DNA of 64,000 nt from the NCBI GenBank assembly GCA_001563335.1, contig LRSL01000069.1:32001-96000 (forward strand), given 5' to 3'. The DNA comes from Candidatus Thorarchaeota archaeon SMTZ1-45. Its GTDB lineage: Archaea > Asgardarchaeota > Thorarchaeia > Thorarchaeales > Thorarchaeaceae. Shown here in pieces: positions 19,844-29,335 of the stretch. The translations under genes and the position numbers were made by a program. The number at the start of each line of letters is the position of its first letter. Position 1 is the stretch's first letter. Under the pieces are notes generated by a model. That model saw nothing but the letters and a program-made list of their open reading frames with translations. It ran no database searches and was not told the origin of the DNA.

Positions 19844-20827
19844 ATGAATGTGGTTAACATCAGGAAACTCCAACAGACTGGTGGCAAAAATGGAAGTTCC
19901 TTTCTCATAATACTTCCAAAGGATTGGATAGTTAGACAAAAACTGAGCAAGGGAGATCCTGTAGTAGTTGCAGAAAGGGAAGATGGGTGCTTGATAGTTG
20001 ATCCTCGCCTTCCAAAGGCCGGTGAGAGAAGAACAACAACCGCACAAATGGAACAAAATCTACGATGGGAGATAACAAGCAGATATCTACTTGGTTTTGA
20101 TGAGATTCGTATCGTCAGTAAGGATCCTATCACAAACGAACAAAGAGATGAATTAAAGCGGATAATCAAACGGTTTGTAGCACTTGAAGTTACTGAGGAA
20201 GATGACCATCAGATAGTTGTACGATGTCTTGTTGATCCTGCAACTTTACCGGTGAATACAGCAATGCGAAGAATGCATCTTATCACTTCCAGAATGATTA
20301 GTGATTCATTGACAGCTTACTTAGATGGAATCAAGGATATGGCTAATGAGGTAGTGCAGAGAGATGAAGAGGTTGACCGACTATTCTTCTTGATTGTACG
20401 AGAGTTGAGGTCTGCAATTCAATATCCCAGAATGAGTGAAATGATGCATATCACACCAGTTGAAGCACTAGATTTTCGACTTGCAGTTCAGTATATAGAA
20501 CGGATTGCAGACTTGGCGGTGGATATAGCACAGAGGGTTGAGGACCCATTAGATGCTTCCCTCAAGAAAAAGATTGAACCGATAGTAGAAAAAGTAAGTG
20601 AGATGTTCTCAGATGCTTTCAATAACCTATTCAAGTTTGATTCAAAGAAGGTAACATCTGTGATTGAATCTGAAAAAGAACTGATCTCTGAAACAGGAAA
20701 ACTAAGACAGCATATTGTAGCTTCTCCAAATGGGCAGCCACAGACTCAAATCTTGGTTGTCGATAGTCTCTTGAGAATGGGTGAAGCTGCAAAGGACATT
20801 GTCGACTTGGCTTTGCCGCATAATTAG
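19844..20827 (+). CDS. phoU: AbrB-PhoU phosphate uptake regulator
   Basis: RKLQ.TGG..S..I.LPK.W AbrB domain; DEEVDRL and IERIAD PhoU repeats. Confidence 0.88.
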   Translation: MNVVNIRKLQQTGGKNGSSFLIILPKDWIVRQKLSKGDPVVVAEREDGCLIVDPRLPKAGERRTTTAQMEQNLRWEITSRYLLGFDEIRIVSKDPITNEQRDELKRIIKRFVALEVTEEDDHQIVVRCLVDPATLPVNTAMRRMHLITSRMISDSLTAYLDGIKDMANEVVQRDEEVDRLFFLIVRELRSAIQYPRMSEMMHITPVEALDFRLAVQYIERIADLAVDIAQRVEDPLDASLKKKIEPIVEKVSEMFSDAFNNLFKFDSKKVTSVIESEKELISETGKLRQHIVASPNGQPQTQILVVDSLLRMGEAAKDIVDLALPHN

Positions 20828-20838
20828 AGGAATGAAAA

Positions 20839-22221
20839 TTGACCCAGAAACTGTTTGGCACCTCTGGTATTAGAGGATCTATCATTGAGAAATCGACCCC
20901 CGATCTAGCACTCGGGCTTGGGAGAGGACTTGGCTCATTTCTTGATGGAAAAGGAGTTGTGGGAGTGGGTGTTGATGCTCGAACTTCACGGAAGATGTTA
21001 AGAAGTGCTCTTGTCAGTGGGTTGATCTCGACAGGAGTAAATGTTATAGATTTGGGAATAGCGCCAATGCCGACTGTCGCTTATTATAGCACAGTCGATG
21101 GGATTCATGCAACTGTAATCATTACAGCTAGTCATAATCCACCGACGGATAATGGATTCAAGTTCTTCGCATCTGGACGAGAGTTCATCAGATCTGAGGA
21201 GGAATTCCTAGAGAGTTCTATCTCCAATAAAGAGTATAAAGTTGCATCTTGGGATAAAATTGGGTTGATTTCGAAGAAGAATATCAAAATGGATTATTTA
21301 TCTAAGGCGAGAGAGTTTCTACTGAGCAGAGGAGGCGTAAGCAAAAAGACGAAAGTCTTGCTCGATTTAGCAAATGGTGCAGCTACAGACTATACACCTG
21401 AACTGCTTACAGATCTTGGATTTTCAGTGACAACCATGAATTCTCATCAAGATGGCCATTTTCCAGGGAGACCCCCTGAACCATCCCCTAGAAACTTAGG
21501 CGATGCAATGAGGATGGCTGCAGAGTCTGATTTTGCTGTGACCATGTGCCATGACGGGGACGGGGACAGATTAGCTGTTATTGATGAAGCAGGTGAGTTT
21601 ATTGATCAGAACCGTGTAATTGCATTGTTTGCCAGAGATGAGGTTGAGAGAAAGGGAGAAGGAATCGTTCTCACATCAATTGATACCTCTAGTGTGATTG
21701 ATGAGATTGTTAACTCAGCAGGAGGGTCAGTAATTCGATTGGCTCTTGGATCACTTCAGGAGTTTCTTGCAACTGAGAGAGGAAAGGATGTAATTTTTGC
21801 CTCAGAGCCCTGGAAACCGATATTCACGGAATTTGGTTGGTGGATGGATGGAATCACAGGAGCAGGTCGCTTTGCACAACTAGTTGATGAGCTTGGTGAT
21901 GGTAGTTGCATGAAATTAATGAAGACAATTCCTAAGTACCCCATTCTAAGAGACTTTGTTCCTTGCCCTGACAAGATTAAGCAGTCCTTTTTACCAAGAG
22001 TGAAGGAGTTACTTATCCCTGAGATCAGTGGGGTAGAAAAAGTTCTCGAGGTTGACGGAATTCGAATAGACTACAAAGATGGTTCTTATGTGCTGATTAG
22101 AGTTTCAGGAACTGAACCAAAAGCGAGATTGTATGTTGGAGCTAAATCAGAACAGACTTTGGACAAGACTGCTTCAGCCGCCAAAAAGATGATGGAACAG
22201 GTTCTAGATGAGCTTCAATGA
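20839..22221 (+). CDS. Phosphohexomutase (PGM/PMM/GlmM family)
   Basis: LFGTSGIRG, TASHNP, DGDGDR, R.SGTEP. Confidence 0.93.
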   Translation: MTQKLFGTSGIRGSIIEKSTPDLALGLGRGLGSFLDGKGVVGVGVDARTSRKMLRSALVSGLISTGVNVIDLGIAPMPTVAYYSTVDGIHATVIITASHNPPTDNGFKFFASGREFIRSEEEFLESSISNKEYKVASWDKIGLISKKNIKMDYLSKAREFLLSRGGVSKKTKVLLDLANGAATDYTPELLTDLGFSVTTMNSHQDGHFPGRPPEPSPRNLGDAMRMAAESDFAVTMCHDGDGDRLAVIDEAGEFIDQNRVIALFARDEVERKGEGIVLTSIDTSSVIDEIVNSAGGSVIRLALGSLQEFLATERGKDVIFASEPWKPIFTEFGWWMDGITGAGRFAQLVDELGDGSCMKLMKTIPKYPILRDFVPCPDKIKQSFLPRVKELLIPEISGVEKVLEVDGIRIDYKDGSYVLIRVSGTEPKARLYVGAKSEQTLDKTASAAKKMMEQVLDELQ

Positions 22222-22226
22222 GAGAA

Positions 22227-22344
22227 TGGCGCCGGGGATGAGATTTGAATTCGTGCTTCGTGTCGCTGATTTACATGAAGACTCACGAGCCACAAAGGGC
22301 AGCGGTTTTCGAGACCGCCTCCATAGCCACTAGGAAACCCCGGC
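22227..22344 (-). tRNA. tRNA-Ser(CGA) with 32-nt intron at position 53/54 (intron 22250-22281); CCA encoded
   Basis: Full cloverleaf after intron removal: GCCGGGG/CCCCGGC acceptor, GCGGT-CTCGAAA-ACCGC, long variable arm, GTGAG-TTCAAAT-CTCAT, G73. Confidence 0.93.
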
Positions 22345-22517
22345 TCAGTTTCATTTTATCGTTGTGGAGATATAATGTTAATTGTCTGTATTATCAAAAT
22401 AGGAGAATCGTAGATTGCGACTCAATGAGATGTTTTGCTATAAATTTGCCAGTACCCCTATATCCACAATACTCAATACCGGCAAGTAATTCTAAATCGA
22501 AACATGGAGAGCTTACG

Positions 22518-22934
22518 ATGGTGTCAATTAGGAATATCAAAGATTGGTTAAACTCACTCGAAATACCTTTTGAGTTGTTGGAAGACATTAACACATTTCG
22601 ATTGACATGGGATGTCGAAGGCAAATCATTCGATATTAGAGTTACAATTCGTGCTGACAAATGGATCCATGTCGCAGTACTCCTTCTTAGACCTGAAGAA
22701 GTTCCACAAGGGAGTAAGGAAGAGCTGTATGGCTTTTTGCTTCGTGAGAATTGGATGCTCGATGATGTAACATACTCCATGGATGAGAAAGGAAATCTTT
22801 ACTCTGAAAATGACATACCCGAACAAACAAATCTTGAGAATTTTAGAAGTGAACTTGATGCTGTAATCTTTGGTCTCGAACGGTTTTTCACCACGGTGTC
22901 CAGTCGATTTGGAATAGAGCCAAGTGGATTGTAG
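22518..22934 (+). CDS. YbjN-like (type III secretion chaperone fold) protein
   Basis: Start reassigned to MVSIRNIK after GGAG RBS; pattern '...LLRENW......YSMDEKG'. Confidence 0.55.
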   Translation: MVSIRNIKDWLNSLEIPFELLEDINTFRLTWDVEGKSFDIRVTIRADKWIHVAVLLLRPEEVPQGSKEELYGFLLRENWMLDDVTYSMDEKGNLYSENDIPEQTNLENFRSELDAVIFGLERFFTTVSSRFGIEPSGL

Positions 22935-22986
22935 ATTGTACTGTTGCTTTCTTATTATTATCTTTAGCAAGCAACTAATAGAAAAG

Positions 22987-23074
22987 TGGTGCGGAGGGCG
23001 AGATTCGAACTCGCGAATCACTACTGAACGGGGACCTAAACCCCGCGCCTTTGACCTGGCTTGGCAACCTCCGC
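22987..23074 (-). tRNA. tRNA-Leu(TAG), intronless; CCA encoded
   Basis: GCGGAGG/CCTCCGC acceptor, anticodon loop TTTAGGT, variable arm, GCGAG-TTCGAAT-CTCGC. Confidence 0.95.
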
Positions 23075-23123
23075 TTAGTGAAGCAAGATTGAGAGCAGGC
23101 CAGTTTTAACCGTTTTGTATCTG

Positions 23124-23270
23124 TCAGTCTTCAACAGTTTCCCAAGTGTTGCTGCAACGTGGGCAACGCCACTTCTTCCTATACTTGCCGCCACCGAACA
23201 TCTCTTTTCTTACTAGGGCGACATCATTGAATCCACATCTTGAGCATACTACAGTTTCCATGGAACGCAT
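23124..23270 (-). CDS. Small Zn-ribbon protein (48 aa; below ORF-track cutoff)
   Basis: Manual translation MRSMETVVCSRCGFNDVALVRKEMFGGGKYRKKWRCPRCSNTWETVED; CxxC..CxxC. Confidence 0.7.
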   Translation of the reverse strand: MRSMETVVCSRCGFNDVALVRKEMFGGGKYRKKWRCPRCSNTWETVED

Positions 23271-23435
23271 CTCAAGCCTCACAGGGCATGACTATCATAT
23301 CTAGTTTTGCTATATGTATCAGGACACGTCACAATGTTTTTATTAGACTCATTAGTTGTCGGCGCGTTTCTGTGGCTAGAAGCCATAGAACAATCCATGA
23401 TTTTCTGGATTTTCCAGTATGAGTGTGATATTCAG

Positions 23436-24089
23436 ATGTCCTCAAAAAGTAGACAAGCAGTTGCAAGGACCAAGGACAAATGGCGAGATAAGATCTGGTA
23501 CCAGATTCTTGCACCAGACTATTTCGACAATAAAGAGATAGGTAAAACGCCTGCAGGCAGTCCTGAACTCTTGGTTGGTAGAACAGTACAGCCCACACTC
23601 TACGACTTAACAGGGGACTTTGACAGGATTCATGTCAAGCTAAGATTCAAGATATTAGAAGTTGCAGGACAACAAGCTAAGACTGTGTTCTATGGACATG
23701 AATGGAGTTCTGACTATCTAAGAGGATTGGTGCGGCGGGGAACATCAAGAATTGATTGGATTGGTCCAATCCTTACCAAGGACGATTATTTGATGCGAAT
23801 TTCGGTTATTGTCTTTACAACCACACGAGCTAAGACAAGCCAAGAACATGCTGTTAGAAAAGCCATTGAAAAGGTCATTAGGGCTCATGCAAAGAAACAC
23901 GGTTTTAATGAGCTTGTTACCAAGGTGATTCTTGGAGATTTGGCTGCAGAAGTCTATGAAGAAGTCAAGAAAATAATCCCAATTCGACAATGTGAGATTC
24001 GAAAAAGCAAGGTACTCAAAGGACCAGAAGAGGTAAAGATTCGAAGAGCTAGGCTTCGAAGAGGTACACCGGCTGATAAAGAAGCCTAG
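23436..24089 (+). CDS. rps3ae: 30S ribosomal protein eS1 (S3Ae)
   Basis: KDKW..K.WY.I.AP..F, DYLR.LVRR..SRID, EIRKSKVL. Confidence 0.95.
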   Translation: MSSKSRQAVARTKDKWRDKIWYQILAPDYFDNKEIGKTPAGSPELLVGRTVQPTLYDLTGDFDRIHVKLRFKILEVAGQQAKTVFYGHEWSSDYLRGLVRRGTSRIDWIGPILTKDDYLMRISVIVFTTTRAKTSQEHAVRKAIEKVIRAHAKKHGFNELVTKVILGDLAAEVYEEVKKIIPIRQCEIRKSKVLKGPEEVKIRRARLRRGTPADKEA

Positions 24090-24103
24090 AAACCAATCAT
24101 ATT

Positions 24104-24466
24104 TCAAGTCCCCATATTCTCAAGCTTGTGCAGTGCTTGCAGTAGTAGAACCATAAGGTTTGCAAGTTTAGTGAGAGCTTCAGTATCTGTTTCGTTATCA
24201 ACTACTTCATTTAGAGCCTTCAGTTTATTGATCAGGGTCACTCTGAGTTCGGGAATCAATGTCTTTACAGCTTTAGCCTCTACTTCCTGGTCAGACTGTG
24301 CATATACTATTCGTCTATCACATTTGACACAGTAAATATCATCTTTTACCTTGAAAAGGGGAGAACCACATTGAGGACAGGCATCAGCAAGCATTGTGGC
24401 TCCATGTCGTAGAAGATCAGCCATTCTCTTTACAGAGGTATCATCTTTATCGCTCATTATATTCAC
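24104..24466 (-). CDS. UPF0148 / SSSCA1 (autoantigen p27) Zn-ribbon protein
   Basis: MADLL..GATML...CPQCGSPLF...YCVKC. Confidence 0.88.
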   Translation of the reverse strand: MNIMSDKDDTSVKRMADLLRHGATMLADACPQCGSPLFKVKDDIYCVKCDRRIVYAQSDQEVEAKAVKTLIPELRVTLINKLKALNEVVDNETDTEALTKLANLMVLLLQALHKLENMGT

Positions 24467-24646
24467 TTCGGAATAATGTGTGTTACAATATAAGAAAAGC
24501 TGCAGAATTATTGAGGCTATTTGTGATTTAAACCAAGACTCTCAAGCTCGGTAGGTCTGATGAAAACGTTGATATGGTTAACGAGGTGAGAGTCATTTGT
24601 TGTTCGCACTCCATTTGTGCGTAAAGACCATTCAGAGGTGAGTCCT

Positions 24647-24910
24647 TTGGACCCCGAAACACAGAAGAGCATAGACCAGTCTAAGCACCTCCTAAAACAG
24701 ATATCGGAGGATTCCTCAGTTCCGAGGAATATTAGGCGTGCAGCGAATGAAGCCATCGCCGTTCTTGAGAATGAAACAGACTCTCCAGCTGTGAGAGCTC
24801 AGAATGCAATAGCAATCTTGGATGAGCCAAGCCAGGACCCGAACTGCCCAAACCATGCTCGGACTAAGATTTGGCATGTTTCCAGCTTGTTGGAGCCAAT
24901 TCGTGACTAG
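24647..24910 (+). CDS. UPF0147 family protein
   Basis: I.ED.SVPRNIRRAA...DPNCP.HART.IW; TTG start after GAGGTGA. Confidence 0.9.
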   Translation: MDPETQKSIDQSKHLLKQISEDSSVPRNIRRAANEAIAVLENETDSPAVRAQNAIAILDEPSQDPNCPNHARTKIWHVSSLLEPIRD

Positions 24911-24996
24911 CTCTGTTTGGTCAGCAATAATGAATCAATAAGACCAACCAAGACCGTGCAAGGTAATGGAATGGCACCCATTTCCCGGGCCAGTGT

Positions 24997-26472
24997 TTGC
25001 TAATGATAAAGGCTAGGATAAGAGGAATCTATTCGCAATCGTTGACGCAGATTATGCTGCAAAATCACTTTGACATAGTGCAACCAACCCCAGAAGTAGC
25101 AAGAAGATTTGGTCTCCCCTATCGTAGCGATATTCCAGATGTGGACATATGGGACAGAAGTGACCTTCAAGGTATTGTGGCTATTGCTTATGAATCGGTT
25201 TTAACTCGTCTTACAGAGGTTTTACGTCGGAGATTAGGTGGGGTGATCACTAGAACGCCTAGGGTAGCAAAGAGCTCCGTCTACAAGGGACTTGTTCTTG
25301 GAAAGGATGAGAGAACAGGACAGACAAAGGTTGACTTAGGATTAATATCAGGACTTCTCCCCGATAGAAGACTCCAAAGAGGACAGCAAGTCATGGTTCA
25401 AATACGTGCTCATGACTATGGAAGAAAAGCTCCAGTCCTATCATCGAGCATTACTATTCCTGGGCAAGCTGCGGTCCTCCTTCCTGAGTCTGTTGTACGT
25501 CTTAGTACAAAGATTAAGGATCAAGAGTCTCGTAGAAATCTATTAAACCTCGGTCGGAAGATTAGAGAACATACGGAGAACTGGGGAATATTATGGAGAA
25601 CTGCAGCAGAGAAACTCACTGAAGAAGAGTTACGAGATGAGGTGGATGACCTTCTCGATACAGCACAACAGGTATTCAACAAATATAATGAATTGGACTC
25701 TACAGGTATTCTCTTTGAAGGTACTAGTAATGCGGATATCGAATTTCCACTAGAGGTAAAAGACACGCTCGATAAGACACGTGCAAAAATAAAGCCCACC
25801 ATAAAACGACATCATTTCTACAAAAGTGCTGGTTATGCATCGCTTGTCGATTTAGCTGAGATGATTATTGAAGATCGTCCTGAAGAACGAAACTATGTTG
25901 TTTCTAAGCTTGAAAAGGTAATTTCACGTGATTTGCCTCGTGTTGACGATTCCGTCAATATAGAACATGTAAAATTAGATGGCAGAAACATTGTGCTTTC
26001 TAGAGGAAGAATAGCTGAAACTGCTTCTAAAGGATTCATTATTAGAAGACAGTTTAGACACACAAATCGGAAACTAAAGATGAATCACGATGCACAGGAG
26101 AGTGTTGATGTGGTAAGTAGTGAGGGGGACTATGCACTGACTAAAGTAATTCCAGGTGCATTCTCACTTTTAACCAACTATTATTCCCGTGAGGGTAATG
26201 TGAAAGGCACCTATGTTAACATCAACACCGGAGTTGAGGTCTATCCAAGCAATGGAAACAATCCTGGAAGAATTCGATATATAGACCTTGAGATTGATGT
26301 GGTAAAGGCTCCAATCACTGAGGACCCGCGTATTATAGATCAGCATCTTCTAAAGAAAGCTGTTCAGCGGGGATTCATTACACAAGAGATGGCAGATGAG
26401 TCACGTTCAAGGGCGCAAGCAGTATGTGACGAACTCATGGTATCAAATGAGATCAATTCAGAGTTGATGTGA
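24997..26472 (+). CDS. fau-1: FAU-1 (AU-binding) ribonuclease
   Basis: RIRGIYS..LT; S1/RNase E-like region; C-terminal DUF402 'Y.NINT.VE...YIDLEIDV'. Confidence 0.85.
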   Translation: MLMIKARIRGIYSQSLTQIMLQNHFDIVQPTPEVARRFGLPYRSDIPDVDIWDRSDLQGIVAIAYESVLTRLTEVLRRRLGGVITRTPRVAKSSVYKGLVLGKDERTGQTKVDLGLISGLLPDRRLQRGQQVMVQIRAHDYGRKAPVLSSSITIPGQAAVLLPESVVRLSTKIKDQESRRNLLNLGRKIREHTENWGILWRTAAEKLTEEELRDEVDDLLDTAQQVFNKYNELDSTGILFEGTSNADIEFPLEVKDTLDKTRAKIKPTIKRHHFYKSAGYASLVDLAEMIIEDRPEERNYVVSKLEKVISRDLPRVDDSVNIEHVKLDGRNIVLSRGRIAETASKGFIIRRQFRHTNRKLKMNHDAQESVDVVSSEGDYALTKVIPGAFSLLTNYYSREGNVKGTYVNINTGVEVYPSNGNNPGRIRYIDLEIDVVKAPITEDPRIIDQHLLKKAVQRGFITQEMADESRSRAQAVCDELMVSNEINSELM

Positions 26473-26491
26473 TTTCACATCTCTTCAGAAT

Positions 26492-26731
26492 TTAGTCAAC
26501 AGAATCAGATGTTCTCATTGAGAGATCTATGGCACTCATTAGATCCTCAAGCGTGCCAGCTAGACTTTCCAAACTACGTGATGATCGAATTCTGACATTT
26601 ACTTGTTGGTTATCAAGTGAACACTCAATCTCAAGACCTTCAGGTAATGGAGTGTTATCAGGAGTGATTGCTAAGAGTGTCCTTCTTGCATCTTCTTTTG
26701 ATTCGAAATTTAGCTTAATATGTACGCTCAA
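26492..26731 (-). CDS. pcc1: KEOPS subunit Pcc1-like protein
   Basis: 79 aa '...A.TPDN...I.S.......L.DL'; conserved rps15-DHH-pcc1 order. Confidence 0.75.
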   Translation of the reverse strand: MSVHIKLNFESKEDARRTLLAITPDNTPLPEGLEIECSLDNQQVNVRIRSSRSLESLAGTLEDLMSAIDLSMRTSDSVD

Positions 26732-26733
26732 GA

Positions 26734-28077
26734 TTAACTCCTCTTGCTGATTTCTGGATTTATTGAATTGAGTACATCTTCTCTTGATTCAATTGGAAGA
26801 TACTTGAACATAAGTGATTTAGGCGAAGTCAGTACTGCATTCAGACTCTTCTTTCTTATAAGATGGAGCACTTGATTCATATCTATTTTCTCAGTTGTCC
26901 AGATTGATACGGTTGAATTTTCATTGCTTACTAGTAGAGGACGTTCTTGGTTCACTATACCACTCTGTAGAGCAATACGACCTACGTCGGTTAGGAGCTC
27001 ACGCTGAACACCAGTAATCTCAATTGATGTGCTAGTTTGGGTTGATATCCCTTTCAGTTTGGTTTCCAGTCTTAATATTACTGAAATGACATCTTTATGA
27101 TGACTCAGATAGGTATCAATCAGATCTCGCAGTGATCTTCCGCGGTCTCCGATCCATACACTCATTGAGGCTCCTAGCTCTTGTCGAGCCCAGGCAGTTT
27201 CTGCAATAGCCTCCAATCCTGACAGATATCTGAGCGGGCTGGTTTCAGTTTCTCGAGTTAGTATAAAATCAGTTCCAAGAATATGAGAAATAATGCTCGG
27301 TTCGATTTTATCAAGTAGTTTGGATGTTAAATGTTGAGTAAGATGTTGGGCTTCTTCTCTACTCAATGTACTCATCGGAGAGCGAAGTTTGGGGATTGGA
27401 ATTTCGGCTTCATTAAGTAGTTCATCACAGGCTTTTTGATTCCCGCTTATACCTTGGATGAATGGTTTCGTGCTATATAGAAACAACTCATCAAGTGGTA
27501 GAAACCCAAAACCAAAAAGTCTGATTCCCTTACGCTCTTCTATCAATTTCCGCTCCTTGGCTTGTTCAACTATTTCTTTGTTCGCTTTTGGAGATTGTTG
27601 ATTATATCCAGTAAGAAGCAAGGTTGCTGCTGCAGCAATCTCTAAGTCATAATCATAGGTTGTAAGATGTTCATCAGCAAATGTATAGGTCACTGCGGGT
27701 ACTGTGTGGGTTGTTCCAATGGTTAGTGATTCAATCTGCATAGATTCTGAAGTTCCGCCCAAGAATATTGGATAGCCTTTACCCTTACGGATTTTTTTCT
27801 TCCCTATTGTATCAATGCCAATGAAAAAAATGGATTCTGATTCATGTTTTACTTGAAAATCATCAACTCTGTTCAAGTCTATGACAGGTGGTTCAAATGA
27901 TAAGTGAAATGTTCCACCGGATTTCATAATTGCTCTACACATAATTGCAGTGGCAAGCGCAGAGCTTGTATAAGGAGAAGAAACTAGGAGTACTTGTGCA
28001 TCATTCTTGAGTGTCATCTCTGCACATTGTTTCTTGAGTGATGCGAGAGATTCTGAACCACGTGTTTTTCTACTCAT
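26734..28077 (-). CDS. RecJ/Cdc45-like DHH-superfamily protein, catalytically degenerate
   Basis: Position after rps15; central 'R.FG....PL...L.YS..P.I.GISGN...C..LL' insert retained; DxD and DHH motifs absent. Confidence 0.7.
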   Translation of the reverse strand: MSRKTRGSESLASLKKQCAEMTLKNDAQVLLVSSPYTSSALATAIMCRAIMKSGGTFHLSFEPPVIDLNRVDDFQVKHESESIFFIGIDTIGKKKIRKGKGYPIFLGGTSESMQIESLTIGTTHTVPAVTYTFADEHLTTYDYDLEIAAAATLLLTGYNQQSPKANKEIVEQAKERKLIEERKGIRLFGFGFLPLDELFLYSTKPFIQGISGNQKACDELLNEAEIPIPKLRSPMSTLSREEAQHLTQHLTSKLLDKIEPSIISHILGTDFILTRETETSPLRYLSGLEAIAETAWARQELGASMSVWIGDRGRSLRDLIDTYLSHHKDVISVILRLETKLKGISTQTSTSIEITGVQRELLTDVGRIALQSGIVNQERPLLVSNENSTVSIWTTEKIDMNQVLHLIRKKSLNAVLTSPKSLMFKYLPIESREDVLNSINPEISKRS

Positions 28078-28110
28078 ATCATGAGAACAGATTTATCATC
28101 TATGATAAAA

Positions 28111-28572
28111 CTATCTCAAAAGGACAGCAGCTTGATCAGGGCTGTATTTCCAATCAGCTGGTAGAACCTTCTTTTTGCGGTAATATTTCGAGAGTCTGTG
28201 AATCTTACTTTCAACCAGTTGAAGCCCTCTCTTGGAAACAAAATCCTTCTTGTTCTCTTCCAAATGTCTTCGAATGGTGGCAGCCTTTGCAATCATATTT
28301 CGAAGGTCTTCAGGCACGCGCCGTTCTAAATCGTTCTCTCGAAGAATATCCAAGATACGTTTACCAGCAATCACTCGAACCAGAGGTATACCATATTGGT
28401 CCCGAAGAATCTGGCCTATCATAGAAGGAGTATATCCAGCCTTGGCAAGTTCAATTACCTGGGCTTCTACCCACTTGGCGTCCTTTTCTTTTTCCATCCA
28501 CTCAGGGACTCTCAATGTGGAGGGGCGTTTGCTACTAGATTGGCCCTTGCGTCTTGTGTGCATTCTTGCCAT
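28111..28572 (-). CDS. rps15: 30S ribosomal protein uS15
   Basis: MARMH.RRKG.S.S.RP, IG.ILRD.YGIP, PEDL, ESKI.RL..YY. Confidence 0.97.
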   Translation of the reverse strand: MARMHTRRKGQSSSKRPSTLRVPEWMEKEKDAKWVEAQVIELAKAGYTPSMIGQILRDQYGIPLVRVIAGKRILDILRENDLERRVPEDLRNMIAKAATIRRHLEENKKDFVSKRGLQLVESKIHRLSKYYRKKKVLPADWKYSPDQAAVLLR

Positions 28573-28693
28573 TGGAACTACCTCTGAGTCCAAAATACCC
28601 TCAAAAACCGGGTTTGAACCACGGCCTAAGGCTTTGGATATAAAGATTGCCTTGTGGTGAGTACTATTTCTTCAGAAAAGAGATGAAGCTACA

Positions 28694-29335
28694 TCAGTGA
28701 TATCTTCCCCGTTCACGGATTTCGTTCATTCTTGATAAGGTTGGTTCTGCTGTGTTTCCTAATAAATCAACATAACCCTCAAGGGTTGCATCTAACATAT
28801 CCTCTTGGATATCCCAATGTGTGGTTTCCAGAGCTCGATGAATCAGATGAAGATCAACTCCCTTCATCTCAATGGTGGCATTCATCTCAGAGAGACCAAA
28901 GTCTACAATCCATAAACGTGACTTTTCATCTACTATGACATTACTTGTTGTTGGGTCTCCATGAACCACATCACCTGCGTGAAGCAAAGCAATTAGTCTT
29001 CCAAATCTGTGACAAAGAGAGATGAGAGTGGATTGTGATAACTGTCCAGCCAATTGTTTGAATTGAGTGCCTGCTATGAAGTCCATTAAGATTGTGTGAT
29101 TATCAAGGTCTACAGAGTAAACTGCTGGGGTGGGTACTCCAAGTGTCCGTGATATTGTCAGCATTTTACACTCTCTGCTAGTTCGTGACCTTCTAAGCTG
29201 CGAGTCTATGTCTTTCAAAAGATATGGCTTCTCTTGGCGCCATTTTAGCACAAAAGGAAATCCCCACTGATCTATCTTGTAAATGACTGACTCTGCTCCT
29301 CTGGCTAACATCTGCTTCAACTTGGGAACCTCCAT
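28694..29335 (-). CDS. bud32: KEOPS kinase Bud32
   Basis: GAES, K.R..K.Y, HGDPTTSN, DFGL, RGRY C-terminus. Confidence 0.93.
   Translation of the reverse strand: MEVPKLKQMLARGAESVIYKIDQWGFPFVLKWRQEKPYLLKDIDSQLRRSRTSRECKMLTISRTLGVPTPAVYSVDLDNHTILMDFIAGTQFKQLAGQLSQSTLISLCHRFGRLIALLHAGDVVHGDPTTSNVIVDEKSRLWIVDFGLSEMNATIEMKGVDLHLIHRALETTHWDIQEDMLDATLEGYVDLLGNTAEPTLSRMNEIRERGRYH

Noticed and set aside
22245-22517. N-terminal 91 codons of ORF 22245-22934
   Set aside because: Overlaps tRNA-Ser on the opposite strand; the real start with RBS is at 22518
24555-24600. CTGATGA suggesting a hammerhead ribozyme or C/D-box sRNA
   Set aside because: No stem II plus GAAA core and no properly placed box D
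28606-28626. T-loop-like hairpin (GGCCGTGG-TTCAAA-CCCGGTT) upstream of rps15
   Set aside because: A TATA box at 28639-28644 places the likely transcription start inside the hairpin; too short to support as a regulatory RNA
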